In this document: positions 59,820-64,000 of the stretch, piece after piece | Layout: each line of letters opens with the position of its first letter | Position numbering within the stretch: the stretch's first letter is position 1 | DNA from: Pristiophorus japonicus | Taxonomy: Eukaryota | Reading direction: 5' to 3' | DNA length: 64,000 bases | NCBI RefSeq assembly: GCF_044704955.1 | Contig: NC_091983.1 | Span: forward strand, 192,634,001 to 192,698,000 | The notes under the pieces: model-generated | Told to the model about the DNA's origin: nothing | Seen by the model: the letters and a program-made list of their open reading frames with translations, nothing else | The model's database searches: none | Translations under genes and position numbers: made by a program

Positions 59820-60032
59820 GGTTATGTCTCAAATAAAGCAATGTGACGGAGTACTGCAGACGTAAGTGTGACCTTAGTGTCTTTATTCTAACTCCAGAGT
59901 GTCGTTACAGCATGGTGTATACATCCTGCTTATATACAGTGCTCCCAAGGGGTGCTGGGATCCCTTGGGACTCATCAGATACGCCCTCTGGTGGTGGTAG
60001 AATGCTGGTTACATAGTGTTGCACACATAACA
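59820..60032 (-). repeat. Gypsy 3' LTR (about 213 bp) preceded by a polypurine tract
   Basis: On the minus strand, PPT GGGAGGGAGTGA (60044-60033) is followed by TGTTATGT...ACATAAC inverted termini. TATATAA and AATAAA lie inside. Confidence 0.85.
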
Positions 60033-63000
60033 TCACTCCCTCCCAAAGTCAATAGTACACTTGCTTACAGGGTGAGACGATCTGGGGCTTTCTGCTCCCT
60101 AGTCAATCGTCTCAGTACAGGTGCAGGTGAGTTGGTTGGGCCTTCGCTGCTGCACTGCTGGCCTTGCTGGGCTGCTGGGGATGATGAGTTCAGCTTCGTG
60201 GTCAAACCGTGATGTCGGTTGCCACTCATGTGTGTGTCGGAGGGTCGAAGTTGGTGGTGTCCTCTTCAGGTTGTTTGTGGCAATCTATGAATCGCAGTTT
60301 GGTTTGGTCCAAATGCTTTCTGCAAGTTAGTCCATTTATGAGTTTGACCTGAAACACTCTGCTTCCTTCTTTGGCTATGACAGTGCCAGCAAGCCATTTG
60401 GGACCATGTCCATAGTTGAGTACAAATACAGGGTCATTGACTTCAATACCGCGTGACAAATTTGCGCAATCATGGTACATGCTTTGTTGATGCCACCTGC
60501 CCTCGACATGATCCTGGAGATCTGGGTGGACTAGAGAGAGCGTTGTTTTGAGCGCCCTTTTCATGAGCAGCTCGGCTGGGGGAATCCTGGTGAGCGAGTG
60601 GGGTCTGGTGCGGTAGCTGAGCAGGTCTCGGGACAGGCGGGTCTGCAGGGAGCCTTCCGACATGCATTTCAAGCTTTGCTTGATGGTTTGGACTGCCCGT
60701 TCAGCCTGGCCGTTGGATCTGGGCTTGAACGGGGCAGATGTGACGTGCTTGATCCCATTGCGGGTCACGAATTCCTTGAATTCAGCGCTGGTGAAACACG
60801 GCTGTTGTCGCTGACAAGGACATTAGGCAGGCCGTGTGTGGCAAACATGGCTCATAGGTTTTCGATGGTGGCAGTGGACATGCTTACAGACATTATCACA
60901 CACTCAATCCATTTTGAATAAGCATCAACAACAACCAAGAACATTTTGCCTAGGAACGGGACAGCGAAGTCAACATGGATTCTAGACCACGGTTTGGAGG
61001 GCCATGACCACAAACTTAGCGGTGCCTCCCTGGGTGCATTGCTCAGTTGCGAGCAATTGTTGCATTGGAGCACGCAAAACTCCAAATCTGAGTCGATGCC
61101 GGGCCACCACACATGGGATCTGGCCATAGCTTTATTCATTACTATGCCTGGGTGGGTGCTGTGTAAGTTGTGTATGAACATTTCCCTGCCTTTCTTGGGC
61201 AATACTACACGATTGCCCCACAAAAGACAGTCTGCCTGCAAGGACAGCTCATCTTTGCGTCTGTGGAACGGCTTAATCGCTTCCTGCATCTCCGCTGGGA
61301 CGCTGGACCAGCTCCCATGGAGGACACAGTTTTTTACAAGGGACAGTAAAGGATCCTGGCTGGTCCAGGTCCTGATCTGGCGGGCCGTAATAGGTGCCTC
61401 CATCACTAAGAGCAAGTCTGCAGGCTGTGCCATTTCCACGCCGGTGGTGGGCAATGGTAGCCGACTGAGGGCATCAGCGCAGTTCTCTGTGCCTGGCCTG
61501 TGGCGAATTACATAGTTATATGCAGACAGCGTGAGCGCCCATCTTTGGATGCGAGCAGAGGCATTGGTATCTCTGAGAATGGCGATATGAGCGGCTTGTG
61601 GTCAGTTTCTAATTCGAACTTAAGCCCAAATAGATACTGATGCATTTTTTTCCCCCCATATACGCATGCCAGAGCTTCTTTTTCAATCATGCTGTAGAAC
61701 CTTACGGCCTTGGACAAGCTCCTAGACGCATAAGCGACCGGTTGTAATGTTCCCGATGCATTAGCTTGTTGTAACACACACCCGACCCCATACGAAGACG
61801 CATCGCAAGCTAGCACTAAACGTTTATATGGATCATATAAGACAAGTAGTTTGTTGGAACTTAGCAGATTTCGGGCTTTCTAAAAAGCTGTCTCTTGTGA
61901 TTTCCCCAATACCCAGTCATCTCCCTTGTGTAGCAACATGTGTAGAGGTTCGAGCGAGGTTCTTAATCCGTGTAAGAAATTACCAAAATAATTGAGGAGT
62001 CCCAGGAATGACCGCAGCTCCGTCACGTTCTGTGGTCTCGGCGCGTTCTTGATGGCCTCCGTCTTGGTGTCAGTGGGTCTGATGCCGTCTGCCATGATTT
62101 TTCTCCCTAAGAACTCAACCTCTGGCGCCAGAAAAACACACTTCGAGCATTTCAACCTGAGTCCCACAAGATCTAGCCGACTTAGAACCTCTTCCAGGTT
62201 CTTCAAGTGTTCGATCGTGTTCCAACCTGTGATCAATATGTCATCCTGGAAAACTACGGTGCGCGGAAACGACTTTAGCAGACTCTCCATGTTCCTTTGA
62301 AAAATAGCCATGGCCGATTGAATCCCAAATGAGCATTTATTGTAGATGAACAGACCTTTGTGCATGTTGATGCAGGAGAGGCCTTTCGAAGATTCCGCCA
62401 GCTCCTGAGTCATGTAGGCCAAGGTCCAATTTGGTGAACGTCTTTCCTCCTGCCAGCGTCGCAAATAGGTCGACTGCCTAGGATAGCGGGTACTGGTCCT
62501 GCAGCGAAAAATGGTTAATCGTTACTTTATAGTCCCCACAAATTCTGACCATGCCATGGCCCTTGAGAACCAGAACAATCGGACTGGCCCACTCATTGAA
62601 CTCCACCGGTGCAATGATGCCCTCTCATTGCAGCTTGTCCAGCTCGATTTCCACTTTCTCTCGCATCATGTATGGCACCGCTCGTGCCTTGTGATGGATG
62701 GGTCATGTACCGGGAACCAAGTGGATCTGCACCTTCGCCCCTGAGAAACTTCCGATGCCTGGCTCAAACAACGTCGGAAACTTGCTGAGAACCTGGGCAC
62801 ATGAGGCATCGCCGACGGATGAAAGCCCTCGGATGTCATCCCAGTTCCAGCAGATTCTTCCCAGCAAGCTACTGCTGAACAGTGTGGGGCCATCTCCTGG
62901 TACAATCCATAGTGGGAGTTCGTGCACTGCTCCATCATAGGAGACGTTTACTGCTGCGCTGCCAATTACAGGGATTAGCTCTTTAGTGTAAGTTCTCAAC

Positions 63001-64000
63001 TTGGCATGAATAGGGCTCAGCTTGGGCCTGTGTGCCTTTTTGCACCACAGCCTGTCGAAGGCCTTCTTGCTCATGATGGACTGACTCGCACCCGTGTCCA
63101 ATTCCATGGATACTGGAATTCTGTTCAGTTCGACTTTTAACATGATCAGTGGACATTTCGTGGCGAAGATGTGTATTCCATACACTTCTGTCTCCTCTGT
63201 TTGAGTCTCTAGTTCAGTTTGATCCACCATGGATTGGTCTTCCCCTGCAACGTAGTGGTTTGCAGGGTTTGCAGCTCGTCTGCACATTCGCTGGAGGTGT
63301 CCCATTGTTCCACAGCCTTTGCACACAGAGTGTTTGAAGCGGCATTGATGGGCTCGATGATCACCTCCACAGCACCAACAAGGTGTTAATTGCCTCACAT
63401 TAACGCTTGATGGCAGACTCTGGGTCATCTGAGGTTGTGCAGCTGCAGGCGTGTATGTTCTGCCATGTGCATTCCTGCCTGAAAACGATGTTACTTTGTC
63501 TACAGTACTTGCCGAAACATCTTTATTCTGCAAAATTTGTTTGGTGTTATCGTTGGTGGACACAAATGCCTGGGCTATCGTTATGGCTTTGCTCATGGTC
63601 GGTGCTTCAACAGTCAATAGTTTGTGAAGGATAACCTCATGGCCAATGCCAAGCACAAAGAAGTCTCTTAGCATTTGCTCCAGGAATCCATCGAATTCGC
63701 AATGTCCTGCAAGGTGCCTTAGTTCAACGACATAGCTTGCCACTTCCTGGCCTTCAGACTGTTGACATGTGTAAAATCGATACCTAGCCATCAGAACGCT
63801 CTCCTTCGGAGTTAGAAGCTCCCAGACCAGCGTACACATTTCTTCATACGAATTGGCTGTTGGTTTCACCGGAGCAAGAAGATTCTTCGTGAGGCCATAG
63901 GTTGTTCCCCCACAGACGGTGAGGAGGATCGCCCTTTGTTTGGCAGTGTTCACACTCCCTTCCAGCTTGTTGGCCATGAAGTATTTGTCGAGTCACTCCA
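59820..64000 (-). mobile_element. Gypsy/Ty3 LTR retrotransposon (gag-PR-RT-RH-IN), disrupted, 5' end outside the window
   Basis: ORF 62703-63977 has Zn knuckles and the protease motif LDTGAS. RT FQDD is at 61880-62464, RNase H ACDASSYG at 61508-61816, and integrase HHCC plus core (SNGQAER) at 60226-61454. The domain order is Gypsy-type. Confidence 0.95.

Noticed and set aside
62703-63977. Domesticated gag-protease gene
   Set aside because: It sits in a standard Gypsy element with LTR and PPT and ends at a frameshift. Nothing shows selective preservation.

Overview
Eukaryotic genomic DNA, most likely from a cartilaginous fish (inferred from Deu-domain SINEs and the CR1, RTE and Penelope-type repeat ends). 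The window holds one complete host gene, nr2e1 (TLX/tailless nuclear receptor). It has 9 coding exons on the + strand from 12334 to 44452, all introns are GT-AG, and the 1149-nt CDS gives 382 aa. About 10 kb around the promoter and intron 1 has no recognisable transposon. The rest is dense, heavily nested repeat DNA: CR1, L2, RTE and Vingi-like LINEs, DeuSINEs, a second tRNA SINE, Penelope-like ends, several MITEs, and a Gypsy LTR element running off the right edge. Most ORFs in the supplied track are transposon fragments or noise. I found no convincing wholly new biological system. The best leads are a CR1 promoter built from TATA-bearing 80-bp monomers, a MITE family that conserves hairpins rather than sequence, a split Vingi element, inverted SINEs around exon 4, a possible stop-introducing splice acceptor at exon 5, and a miR-9 seed site just past a proximal AATAAA. 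All alignments and family names are by eye and from memory, not from searches.
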